From: Eubacteriales bacterium
GTDB lineage: Bacteria > Bacillota > Clostridia > Oscillospirales > Oscillospiraceae
Direction of reading: 5' to 3'
NCBI GenBank assembly: GCA_030531585.1
Contig: JAUNNC010000003.1
Coordinates: 1,926 to 57,914 of the forward strand
DNA: 55,989 nt
In this document: positions 1 through 8,012 of the stretch, one piece after another
Layout of the letters: each line of letters begins with the position of its first letter
Position numbering within the stretch: position 1 is the first letter of the stretch
The notes under the pieces: model-generated
What the model was told of the DNA's origin: nothing
What the model saw: the letters and a program-made list of their open reading frames with translations, nothing else
The model's database searches: none
Made by a program: the position numbers and the translations under genes

Positions 1-566
1 CCGCAGATGCCGAAGAACTCCTTCCACTTCCCCTGCTGCGTTAGCCCGTCGAAGAGTCCGAAGATGATGAGCATGGACACGAGCGGCAGGATGGCCAGCA
101 CGCTCTCGGCCCGCCCGCGGTTGGTCTCGTCGGTAACGTCGGTGACGTAGGCGTTGAAGGCCGCGTCGTTTGCGGTCGAGCCGAAGAAGGTCATCACGCA
201 GTCCATGACCACGACGAGCGTGGCCGCGGCCGCGGCGGCGTTGGCCTTCGGGAAGAGCCGCGCGGCGTTTTCCGGGGTGATGAGGCCGAAGGCTGCGGTG
301 GACAGGCCCCACAGCAGATAGCCCGCGCAGATGAAGGCCTTGCGCTTGCCGAGGCGGTCCGACAGCGCGCCCATCAGCAGCGTCGTCAGCGTGGCGGCCG
401 CTGCGGACCAGCCCACCATGGCCGCGATATAGCCGGGGTCGGTGGAGATGGTGTTGTAGAGGAACACGTTGAAGTACATGTTTTCGATGGTCCAGGCGAA
501 CTGTCCGAACAGTCCGATGAGGATCAGCGCCGCCCACTTGCGCGCGCCCAGCCTTGTCGTCGTCAT
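1..566 (-). CDS. MFS-type transporter, N-terminal ~188 codons (gene runs off the left window edge)
   Basis: Not in the ORF track because it is open at the edge. Reading the minus strand from ATG (complement of 564-566; GGAGGAGAGGG just upstream) gives MTTTRLGARKWAALILIGLFGQFAWTIENMYFNVFLYNT...GALSDRLGKRKAF... This is a series of hydrophobic helices plus the MFS loop 2-3 D-R-x-G-K-R-K signature. Confidence 0.75.
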   Translation of the reverse strand, partial: MTTTRLGARKWAALILIGLFGQFAWTIENMYFNVFLYNTISTDPGYIAAMVGWSAAAATLTTLLMGALSDRLGKRKAFICAGYLLWGLSTAAFGLITPENAARLFPKANAAAAAATLVVVMDCVMTFFGSTANDAAFNAYVTDVTDETNRGRAESVLAILPLVSMLIIFGLFDGLTQQGKWKEFFGIC

Positions 567-589
567 CGTTTTCCCTCTCCTCCCGCGTC

Positions 590-1798
590 TTATCCGCACA
601 CGATGTTCATCAGGATCTCCACGGCCTTGTCCATGTTCTCGGCCGTGATATGCTCATAGGGCCCGTGGAAGGCCGCGCCGCCGGTGCCGAGATTCGGGCA
701 GGGCAGGCCGCGGAAGCTCAGCTGCGAGCCGTCTGTCCCGCCGCGCACCGGGCGGATCACCGGCTTGAGCCCCGCCGCCTCCACGGCGCGCAGGGCGCGG
801 TCCACGACGTCCTCGTGTCCCTTGAGCGCCTCGGCCATGTTGCGGTATTCCACCCAGAGCGAGAGATTCACCGTGCCGTAGCCGTATTTTCCGTTCATGG
901 CGGCCGCGATCCGGCGCATCCTGTCGCAGCGCTCGTCGAAGCGCGCCGCGTCGTGGTCGCGGATGATATATTTGAGCTCGGCGCGGCTGACGTCCCCCGT
1001 GATCCCGGTCACGTGGAAATAGCCCTCGTAGCCCTCGGTCCTGGCGGGGATCTCGTCCGGCGGCAGCATGGCGTTGATCTCCATGGCGACGAGCGAGGCG
1101 TTGATCATCACGTCCTTGGCGGAGCCGGGATGGACGCTCACGCCGCGGATCCTGAAGGTGGCGGCCGCGGCGTTGAAGGTCTCGCAGTTGACCTCCTCGA
1201 GCGCGCCGCCGTCCACGGTATAGGCGCTGGCCGCGCCGAAGCGTTCGAGGTCCAGCAGCGCCGCCCCGTGTCCGATCTCCTCGTCCGGGGCGAAGCAGAC
1301 CGCGACGCCGACGTGGCTCCGATTTTCCTTCATCAGGCGCTCGCAGGCCGTCAGGATCTCCGCGACCCCCGCCTTGTCGTCCGCGCCCAGGAGGGTCGTG
1401 CCGTCGGTGGTGATGAGGGTCTGTCCGAGGCAGGCCATGAGATCCGGGAACTGCGCGGGATTGAGCACCAGTCCGCTGTGGCCGAGCGGGAGTCTTCTGC
1501 CGTCGTAATCCGGGTGCATCCTGGGCCGGACGTTTTTCCCGCTGAAATCCGGGGCCGTATCGATGTGGGCGATCAGTCCGATCACGGGCTCCGACTCGCG
1601 TCCGGGCGTCGCCGGCAGGAAGCCGTAGGCGTAGGCGTGCTCGTCCGCGTAGACGCGTTTGAGTCCCATCGACTCCATCTCCGCCTTCAGAAGGCGTGTC
1701 ATCGTGATCTGCTTGATCGTGCTGGGCGTCTTTCCCGCCTCATGTGCGCTCTGGCTGTCCACCGTCACATAGCGCAGCAGCCGCTCGTATGCTCTCAT
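590..1798 (-). CDS. pepT: Peptidase T (tripeptide aminopeptidase, M20B)
   Basis: 402 codons from ATG at 1798 (MRAYERLLRYV...), with GAGG upstream. M20 hallmarks are present: HIDTAPD, GADDKAG, APDEEIG, GGTDGS. The longer track ORF (to 2233) overlaps ylmH and is rejected. Confidence 0.93.
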   Translation of the reverse strand: MRAYERLLRYVTVDSQSAHEAGKTPSTIKQITMTRLLKAEMESMGLKRVYADEHAYAYGFLPATPGRESEPVIGLIAHIDTAPDFSGKNVRPRMHPDYDGRRLPLGHSGLVLNPAQFPDLMACLGQTLITTDGTTLLGADDKAGVAEILTACERLMKENRSHVGVAVCFAPDEEIGHGAALLDLERFGAASAYTVDGGALEEVNCETFNAAAATFRIRGVSVHPGSAKDVMINASLVAMEINAMLPPDEIPARTEGYEGYFHVTGITGDVSRAELKYIIRDHDAARFDERCDRMRRIAAAMNGKYGYGTVNLSLWVEYRNMAEALKGHEDVVDRALRAVEAAGLKPVIRPVRGGTDGSQLSFRGLPCPNLGTGGAAFHGPYEHITAENMDKAVEILMNIVCG

Positions 1799-1815
1799 GC
1801 TTTCATACCTCACTA

Positions 1816-2559
1816 TTATTTGTACAGCTCCGCCGTGACGAACATCCGTCCCTTGCGGGAGCTGCCGCCGATCTCCAGAATCTTTCCCTTGCCCGCGCCG
1901 CGCAGGGAGAGTACGTCCCCCTCCTTCACCGGCGCGTCGGCCTTGAGACACTCCGCGTAGTTCAAGCTCACGGTCCCGGCCCCGATCTGCCGCGCGCACT
2001 CCGTGCGGGAGAGGTGGAACAGTCCCGCGCACACCGCGTCCAGCCGCGCGCTCATCACCGTGAAGCGGCGCTCCTCGGTCTCGCGTTCCGGCGCGGGCTG
2101 CTCGCCGAGCGCGATCGCCTCGGCTTTGACGGCGAAGCGCCCGACCTTGTCGATGCTCTCGAGGTGGCGCAGGACGCTCGGCTGGCAGAGCACATACGCC
2201 GTATCGCCCTGCACGAGGATGTCCCCGACCCACTCGCGCCCCACGCCCATGCCGAGGATGGCGCCCATGTAGTCGCGGTGTCCCGGCTCGCCGAAGGCGG
2301 CGCGGATGCGCAGGCAGCAGATATGCTCCGCCGGGTCGAGCTCCCCCTCCTCCATCCAGTCGGGCAGGAAGAAGGCCATCGTCCGCTCGGCGTCGGCCCG
2401 GCCGCCTTCAAAGACCATGCGGCTCGCCCGCAGCGCCGGGGCATGCTCGAGGGCACAGCGCTCCGCGGGGCTGAGAAAGCCGCTTTTCGTCAGGCAGCTC
2501 TTCTGCCCGCTGCGCCGCGCCAGATCCTCACCGCGCCGAATCAGTTCCCGCATGTCCAT
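1816..2559 (-). CDS. ylmH: YlmH-type S4-domain RNA-binding protein
   Basis: 247 aa. The C-terminal S4 domain reads RLDAVCAGLFHLSRTECARQIGAGTVSLNYAECLKADAPVKEGDVLSLRGAGKG. Length and architecture fit the YlmH family. The start codon lies 32 nt inside the upstream ORF. Confidence 0.85.
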   Translation of the reverse strand: MDMRELIRRGEDLARRSGQKSCLTKSGFLSPAERCALEHAPALRASRMVFEGGRADAERTMAFFLPDWMEEGELDPAEHICCLRIRAAFGEPGHRDYMGAILGMGVGREWVGDILVQGDTAYVLCQPSVLRHLESIDKVGRFAVKAEAIALGEQPAPERETEERRFTVMSARLDAVCAGLFHLSRTECARQIGAGTVSLNYAECLKADAPVKEGDVLSLRGAGKGKILEIGGSSRKGRMFVTAELYK

Positions 2560-5134
2560 GAAGCTGTTCCTTTACCTTCGCCTTGTGCGCGCCCTGATTG
2601 CTTTTCTCCAGCAGCGCGCCGATCTGCTCCCAGACGTCCCCGACCTCGGCCGCGAACTCCTTCGACGAGGACCGCAGCACGCCCGCGCGCAGGGCCGACA
2701 GGCGGATCAGATTGTCGCTGGTCACGACGCGCACCGCCTCGTTCTTCCCGATCTCGCCCACCAGCCGCTCGATGTAGGCGTCGCCGGTCTCGCCCTCGGC
2801 GGTGTAGGCGACGCGGAGCTTGTGCAGCTCGCTCTTCGAGCCGGGGTTGCCCGCCGTGCGGAAGCCGTCGAAGACCAGCACGACGTCCTTTCCCGTAAAG
2901 CCCGCGTAGCCGGACAGCAGATCGCAGAGCCTTTCCCGCGCGAGGTCGAGGCGCTGGGACGCCAGAGCTTTGAGCTCGTCCCAGGCGAAGATCAGGTTGT
3001 AGCTGTCGATGATCACGGTCTCCCGCCTTGCCGCCGCGGGGAGGGCTGCGGGGGCTTCGGCGCGGTTTTCCCGCCGCTGCGCGTATTCCCGGCGGCGGAT
3101 CGGGCCGAACTCCCGCTCCATGATGGCCTCGAGCTCCCGCTCGTCGATGCTGATGCTGCGCAGGCGCGGCACGTCCGCGGCCTCCGCGCGGGGCTTGAGG
3201 CAGCTTTCGAGGTGCATGTACCGCGGCACCTCGTTCCATTTGATGTTGACGCCCGCCCCGTGCGCGCAGAAGACGGAGTCCGCCGGATCGTCCGTGTCCC
3301 GCTCGGGGTCGTAGCCGATCTCGGCCACGCGTCTGTCCTGATCCGGCACCGGCCGGCAGCCTCCGGCTGACACGCTCAGCCGTCCCCGCCCGTGCGACCG
3401 GGCGAGCAGCTCCTCGGCGTAGGGATTCAGCTTTGCCGCCGGGGCCTCGCCCTCGATGCGCGACATGCCGCCCAGCTCCTCCGGGGCGGAGAAGTCGGCG
3501 TCCATAGCGCGCAGGTCGCTGATGGCCCGGCCGATCTCGGCGGTCGGGACCTCGAGCGCAAAGCGGCGCCACGGCTCGAGCAGGACGCTTTTTGCCTGCA
3601 TCAGGCCCTGCCGCACCGCGCGGTAGGTGGCCTGCCGGAAGTCCCCGCCCTCGGTGTGCTTGAGGTGGGCCTTCCCGGCGGCGAGGGTGATGTGCATATC
3701 CGTTATGGGCGCGCCGGTCAGCACGCCCCGGTGCTCCTTTTCGGCCAGATGGGTGAGGATGAGCCGCTGCCAGTTGCGGTCGAGCTCGTCCTCCGGGCAG
3801 ATGCTGTCGAAGCTCAGGCCGCTGCCGCGCGGCATGGGCTCGAGGATCAGATGCACCTCGGCGTAGTGGCGCAGGGGCTCGAAGTGGCCCACGCCCTCCA
3901 CGGTGTCCGCGATGGTCTCTCGGTAGAGGATCTGCGGCTCGCCGAGCGCGATCTCCGTGTCGAAGCGTTCCTTTACGAGGCTTCGGAAGACCTCCCCCTG
4001 GATTCTTCCCATGAGCCGGACGCGGATCTCCCCCGCCGCCGCGTTCCATTCGACGTGCAGCTGCGGGTCCTCCTGATCGAGCTCCCGGAGCTTCGGCAGC
4101 AGGAGCATGGGGTCGCAGCCTTTCGGCAGGAGCAGCCGGCAGCTCATCACCGGTTCGCTCTCCGCCTCCTCCGCGTCCTTCTCCGCGCCGAGCCCCTGGC
4201 CCGCCCGGGTCTCCGTCAGGCCCAGCGCGGCGCAGACCGTCCCGGGTCCCGCCGTCTCCGCGCTCTCGTATTTGCTGCCGCTGTAGATGCGGAGCTGACT
4301 GATCTTCTCCTCGCGCATCCCGCCGTCCGCCCCGCGGTAGGCGATCGGCGCGCGCACGCGCAGCTCGCCGCCCGTGATCTTCATCCAGGTCAGGCGCTTG
4401 CCCGCCTCGTCGCGGGAGATCTTGAACACGCGCGCCGCGAATGCGTCGCCGTACTCCCCCTGCGGGGCGAGGCGTCCGAGCGCTTCGAGGAAGCTCTCCA
4501 CGCCCTCGAGCCGCAGTCCCGAGCCGAAGAAGCAGGGAAACAGCTCCCGCCCGCGGATCAGCTGTGCGAGGAACGCATCGTCGAACGTCCCCTCCGCGAG
4601 GAAGCGCTCCATCGCCTCCTCGCTTCCCAGGGCGATCTCCTCGAGGGCGCCGTCGTCCGACAGGTCGACGCAGCGCTCGGACAGGCGGGCGCGCAGCTCG
4701 TCCAGAACGGCGCCGCGCCCCGGTCCGGGCAGGTCCATTTTCGTCACGAACACGAAGGTCGGCACCCCGGCGTTCTCGAGCAGCTTCCAGAGCGTCTCGG
4801 TGTGGGCCTGCACGCCGTCGGTGCCGCTGATGACCAGCACCGCGCAGTCGAGCACCCGCAGCGTCCGCTCCGCCTCGGCGGAGAAGTCCACATGCCCCGG
4901 CGTATCCAGCAGCGTCACGCTCCGTCCGTTCAGCGTCGTCTGCGCCTGCTTGGCGAAGATCGTGATGCCGCGGGCCCGCTCGAGCCCGTGGGTGTCGAGG
5001 TAGCTGTCCCGGTGGTCGACGCGCCCCGGCTTTTTCAGTTTTCCCGAAAGGACCAGCATGGCCTCGCACAGGGTCGTCTTGCCCGCGTCCACATGGGCGA
5101 GGATGCCGAATACCGTATTGTCCGCTTTTCTCAT
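2528..5134 (-). CDS. EF-G/Tet(M)-like translational GTPase fused to a C-terminal YacP/Rae1-type NYN (PIN-like) nuclease domain
   Basis: 869 codons from ATG at 5134 (MRKADNTVFGILAHVDAGKTT). G1 is AHVDAGKT, G3 is DTPGH, G4 is TKMD, followed by EF-G-like domains II-V (ILYRETI..., LEPWRRFALEVP...). The last ~165 aa (RETVIIDSYNLIFAW...VVLVFDG...VVTSDNLI) look like a YacP NYN domain. The track ORF start at 5212 would add 26 aa before the P-loop and has no RBS. Confidence 0.9.
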   Translation of the reverse strand: MRKADNTVFGILAHVDAGKTTLCEAMLVLSGKLKKPGRVDHRDSYLDTHGLERARGITIFAKQAQTTLNGRSVTLLDTPGHVDFSAEAERTLRVLDCAVLVISGTDGVQAHTETLWKLLENAGVPTFVFVTKMDLPGPGRGAVLDELRARLSERCVDLSDDGALEEIALGSEEAMERFLAEGTFDDAFLAQLIRGRELFPCFFGSGLRLEGVESFLEALGRLAPQGEYGDAFAARVFKISRDEAGKRLTWMKITGGELRVRAPIAYRGADGGMREEKISQLRIYSGSKYESAETAGPGTVCAALGLTETRAGQGLGAEKDAEEAESEPVMSCRLLLPKGCDPMLLLPKLRELDQEDPQLHVEWNAAAGEIRVRLMGRIQGEVFRSLVKERFDTEIALGEPQILYRETIADTVEGVGHFEPLRHYAEVHLILEPMPRGSGLSFDSICPEDELDRNWQRLILTHLAEKEHRGVLTGAPITDMHITLAAGKAHLKHTEGGDFRQATYRAVRQGLMQAKSVLLEPWRRFALEVPTAEIGRAISDLRAMDADFSAPEELGGMSRIEGEAPAAKLNPYAEELLARSHGRGRLSVSAGGCRPVPDQDRRVAEIGYDPERDTDDPADSVFCAHGAGVNIKWNEVPRYMHLESCLKPRAEAADVPRLRSISIDERELEAIMEREFGPIRRREYAQRRENRAEAPAALPAAARRETVIIDSYNLIFAWDELKALASQRLDLARERLCDLLSGYAGFTGKDVVLVFDGFRTAGNPGSKSELHKLRVAYTAEGETGDAYIERLVGEIGKNEAVRVVTSDNLIRLSALRAGVLRSSSKEFAAEVGDVWEQIGALLEKSNQGAHKAKVKEQLHGHAGTDSAR

Positions 5135-5141
5135 GGCTGTT

Positions 5142-5170
5142 ATTGTATCAGTTTTTTGGGGAAGAATCAA
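5142..5170 (-). promoter_or_regulatory. Sigma-A-type promoter TTGATT-17-TGaTACAAT, ending 7 nt before the GTPase-NYN ATG (leaderless candidate)
   Basis: Minus strand reads TTGATT (5170-5165), a 17-nt spacer ending in TGA, TACAAT (5147-5142), AACAGCC, then ATG (5134-5132). There is no Shine-Dalgarno sequence in between. Confidence 0.5.
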
Positions 5171-5243
5171 TTCCGTTGTTATCGGTGTTATGTAACCTTT
5201 CCGTCTTTCCATAAAAAAATTTCAGCTTTTCTGAAACTTTTCC

Positions 5244-5272
5244 TGTATTTTCTGTAAAGACTATGATATAAT
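5244..5272 (+). promoter_or_regulatory. Possible extended -10 promoter for the two-component operon
   Basis: TGaTATAAT at 5264-5272. The -35 (TGTATT at 5244-5249, 17-nt spacing) is weak. Lies about 60 nt upstream of the response-regulator ATG. Confidence 0.35.
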
Positions 5273-5332
5273 CAGTTGATAGTTTGCAATTATCATTGAA
5301 AACACAAGATTTCTATAAAGGGGTTTGCCATT

Positions 5333-6022
5333 ATGAAGAAGATTCTCGTTCTGGAGGATGAGTCCAATATCCGCAGTTTCGTGGTCATCAACCTGCGCCG
5401 CAGCGGGTTTGAGCCCATTGAGGCCGCCAGCGGTGAGGAAGCGCTCGAGAAGCTGAAGGTCAATCCGGATATCTGTCTGGCTCTTCTGGACGTGATGCTG
5501 CCGGACATCGACGGCTTCGAGGTCTGCCGCCGCATCCGCGCCTCCGGCTCGAAAATGGGCATCATCATGCTCACCGCCAAGAATCAGGAGATCGACAAGG
5601 TCACAGGCCTGATGACCGGCGCGGACGACTACGTCACCAAGCCCTTCTCCCCGGCGGAGCTGACCGCGCGCGTCGACGCGCTGATCCGCCGTCTGGGCGT
5701 GGACGAGGACGAGAAGAGCGCCAACGAGATCGTCAGCGGTCCCTTCCTGCTCAACACCCGCAACCGCACGCTGGAGAAGGACGGCCAGCGCCTGAAGCTG
5801 ACACAGATCGAGTATCTGCTCATCAAGCTCTTCATGGAGAACCCCGGCAAGGCCATGAGCCGCGAGGATATCCTTGCCGCCGTCTGGGGCGGCGACTTCA
5901 CGGGCGAGCTCAAGACCGTCGACGTCAACATCCGCCGTCTGCGCATCAAGATCGAGAGCGACCCGACCGAGCCCGAGTACCTGACGACCGTCTGGGGCTA
6001 CGGCTATAAATGGGGTTACTAA
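5333..6022 (+). CDS. OmpR/PhoB-family response regulator
   Basis: 229 aa. The receiver domain reads KILVLEDE...LLDVMLPDIDGF...IIMLTAK. The C-terminal winged-helix domain reads LTQIEYLLIKLF...VDVNIRRLRIKIE...TVWGYGYKW. Confidence 0.93.
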   Translation: MKKILVLEDESNIRSFVVINLRRSGFEPIEAASGEEALEKLKVNPDICLALLDVMLPDIDGFEVCRRIRASGSKMGIIMLTAKNQEIDKVTGLMTGADDYVTKPFSPAELTARVDALIRRLGVDEDEKSANEIVSGPFLLNTRNRTLEKDGQRLKLTQIEYLLIKLFMENPGKAMSREDILAAVWGGDFTGELKTVDVNIRRLRIKIESDPTEPEYLTTVWGYGYKWGY

Positions 6023-6037
6023 TAGGAAGTATTCTGT

Positions 6038-7033
6038 ATGTTTGGCAATTTGAAAACCCAGCTCCTGCTCTCGGCCATCGCGGCGCTGGCTCTGCTGCTG
6101 ATGGGCATCTGGGCCGCAAGCCACGCCCTGATGGGCTGGGCCACGGCGATCCTCATCGTCATCTGCGCCTACGTCATCATGGTGAACATCTGGTTCTGGG
6201 CCGCGGTCTCGCAGCCGCTGTCCCGGCTGACCGAGCATGCCCGCCGCATCTCCGAGGGCAGCTACGGCACGAAGATCGAGGGCTTCGCCGACGATGAGAT
6301 CGGGGAGCTGGCCGACCAGATGAACAACATGTCCGAGAAGGCCGCCATCGCGGAGAAGACGCGCACGGAGTTCATCTCCCAGGTCTCGCACGAGCTGCGC
6401 ACGCCGCTGACGGCCATCACCGGCTGGGCCGAGACCATCGCCTTCGACCCCGACGTCAAGGGCGACTCGCTGCGCGGCATCAACATCATCTCCAAGGAGG
6501 CCGAGCGCCTGACCAACATGGTCACGGAGCTGCTGGAGTTCACGCGCATTCAGGACGGACGCTTCAACCTGCGCATCGAGCTGATCGACATCGCGGCCGA
6601 GCTGGAGGACGCGCTGTTCACCTACGGGGAGCTGATGAAGCAGGCGGGCATGACCGTCAAGTACACGCCGCCCGTGACGGAGATCCCGCTGATCCCCGGC
6701 GACAGCGAGCGGCTCAAGCAGGTCTTTCTGAACCTGCTGGACAACGCCATGAAGCACGGCGGTGACGGCGGGCGGATCGACGTCAGCCTCCGGCAGGAGG
6801 ACGGGCATGTGCGCGTGAACGTGCGCGACTACGGCCACGGCATCCCCGAGGCCGAGCTTCCGCACGTCAAGGAGAAGTTTTACAAGGGCAGCTCGAAGAA
6901 CCGCGGCACGGGCATCGGCCTCGCGGTCTGCGACGAGATCGTCACCCGCCACGGCGGGACGCTCACGGTCTCCAACGCGCCGGAGGGCGGCTGTCTGGTC
7001 TCGGTGGCGCTGCCGATGGCGAAAAACGCTTAA
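6038..7033 (+). CDS. Sensor histidine kinase (two N-terminal TM helices with almost no external loop, HAMP, HisKA, HATPase)
   Basis: 331 aa. H-box is SHELRTPL, N-box is LLDNAMKH, G-boxes are DYGHGI and GTGIGLA. Starts 15 nt after the regulator gene. Confidence 0.92.
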   Translation: MFGNLKTQLLLSAIAALALLLMGIWAASHALMGWATAILIVICAYVIMVNIWFWAAVSQPLSRLTEHARRISEGSYGTKIEGFADDEIGELADQMNNMSEKAAIAEKTRTEFISQVSHELRTPLTAITGWAETIAFDPDVKGDSLRGINIISKEAERLTNMVTELLEFTRIQDGRFNLRIELIDIAAELEDALFTYGELMKQAGMTVKYTPPVTEIPLIPGDSERLKQVFLNLLDNAMKHGGDGGRIDVSLRQEDGHVRVNVRDYGHGIPEAELPHVKEKFYKGSSKNRGTGIGLAVCDEIVTRHGGTLTVSNAPEGGCLVSVALPMAKNA

Positions 7034-7058
7034 TCTGTATATTTAGGAGTATCCCGTA

Positions 7059-8009
7059 TTGAAAGAAAACGCAAGCTGCGAGTTCCGCACCTCCATCGGC
7101 GGTCAGGCCCTGATCGAGGGCATCCTGATGCGCGGCCCGAAGAAGCAGGCCATCGTCTGCCGCACGGCCGACGGCCTCGTGGAGAAGACCGAGGAGCTCA
7201 AATTCATCAAAGACCGTTATCCCATCCTGGGCTGGCCGCTGATCCGCGGCTGCGCCATCTTTATCTCCTCGATGGTCAAGGGCATGCAGGCCCTGACCTG
7301 GTCGGCCAATCTCGTCCCGCTCGAGGAGCAGGGCGAGCCCGACAAGGTCGACAAGTGGATCGAGGAGCATTTTCCCGAGGACACGGCGCAGAAGCTCATC
7401 ATCGGCGTGGCTGTCGTGGCGGGCGTGGCGCTGAGTCTGTTCCTGTTCATCTTCCTGCCCGCGTTTTTTGTCGGGCTCATCAAGCCGCTGACCGGCAGCT
7501 TCGTGGTCCGCAACCTGGCCGAGGGTCTGGTCCGCATTGCGATCCTGCTCGGCTACATGAAGCTCGTCACCTTCTCCGGCGACGTCAAGCGCCTGTTCAG
7601 CTACCACGGGGCCGAGCATAAGACCATCTTCTGCTATGAGCACGGCAAGGAGCTGACCGTGGAAAACGTGCGGCCCGAGTCCCGCTTTCACCCGCGCTGC
7701 GGCACGAGCTTCCTGCTGGTGGTCGTCGCGGTGAGCATTCTGGTCAACTCGGTGGTGCGGCTTCAAAACAGCTTTGCCCGCATGGGCGCCCACCTGCTGC
7801 TGCTGCCGCTGGTCGTGGGCATCAGCTACGAGATCAACCGCTGGTGCGGCCTGCACGACAACGCCCTGTCCGCGGCGCTGAGCGCGCCGGGCAAGTGGCT
7901 GCAGCGCATCACCACCAACGAGCCCGACGACGGCATGATCGAGTGCGCGATCCGCGCGCTGCAGCTCGTGATTCCGGAGGAAGCGGGCAGCGACGCCTGG
8001 GGGAATTGA
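7059..8009 (+). CDS. DUF1385 family membrane protein (YqhQ-like, commonly paired with prmC)
   Basis: 316 aa with a TTG start and AGGAG 9 nt upstream. The N-terminus SIGGQALIEGILMRGP and the HGAEHKTI motif are typical of DUF1385. Sits directly upstream of prmC. Confidence 0.85.
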   Translation: MKENASCEFRTSIGGQALIEGILMRGPKKQAIVCRTADGLVEKTEELKFIKDRYPILGWPLIRGCAIFISSMVKGMQALTWSANLVPLEEQGEPDKVDKWIEEHFPEDTAQKLIIGVAVVAGVALSLFLFIFLPAFFVGLIKPLTGSFVVRNLAEGLVRIAILLGYMKLVTFSGDVKRLFSYHGAEHKTIFCYEHGKELTVENVRPESRFHPRCGTSFLLVVVAVSILVNSVVRLQNSFARMGAHLLLLPLVVGISYEINRWCGLHDNALSAALSAPGKWLQRITTNEPDDGMIECAIRALQLVIPEEAGSDAWGN

Positions 8010-8012
8010 GAC

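Noticed and set aside
554-1960. 468-aa plus-strand ORF opposite pepT.
   Set aside because: It is a shadow ORF antisense to a gene with clear family motifs. Its composition is Arg/Ala/Gly/His-rich and low in complexity, as expected for the reverse frame of GC-rich coding DNA, and it has no RBS.
2528-5212. Tetracycline ribosomal-protection annotation, and the longer start at 5212, for the GTPase.
   Set aside because: Similarity to Tet(M)/Tet(O) is at the level of the EF-G-like superfamily architecture only. The extra NYN domain and the housekeeping context argue against a resistance determinant. The 5212 start adds 26 residues before the P-loop and would place the strong promoter inside the coding region.
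3392-5257. 621-aa plus-strand ORF and the 842-aa alternative minus frame (2541..5069) over the GTPase gene.
   Set aside because: Both overlap the frame that carries intact G1/G3/G4 GTPase motifs. Their translations are Arg/Pro/Gly-rich and lack motifs, so they are GC-driven open frames.
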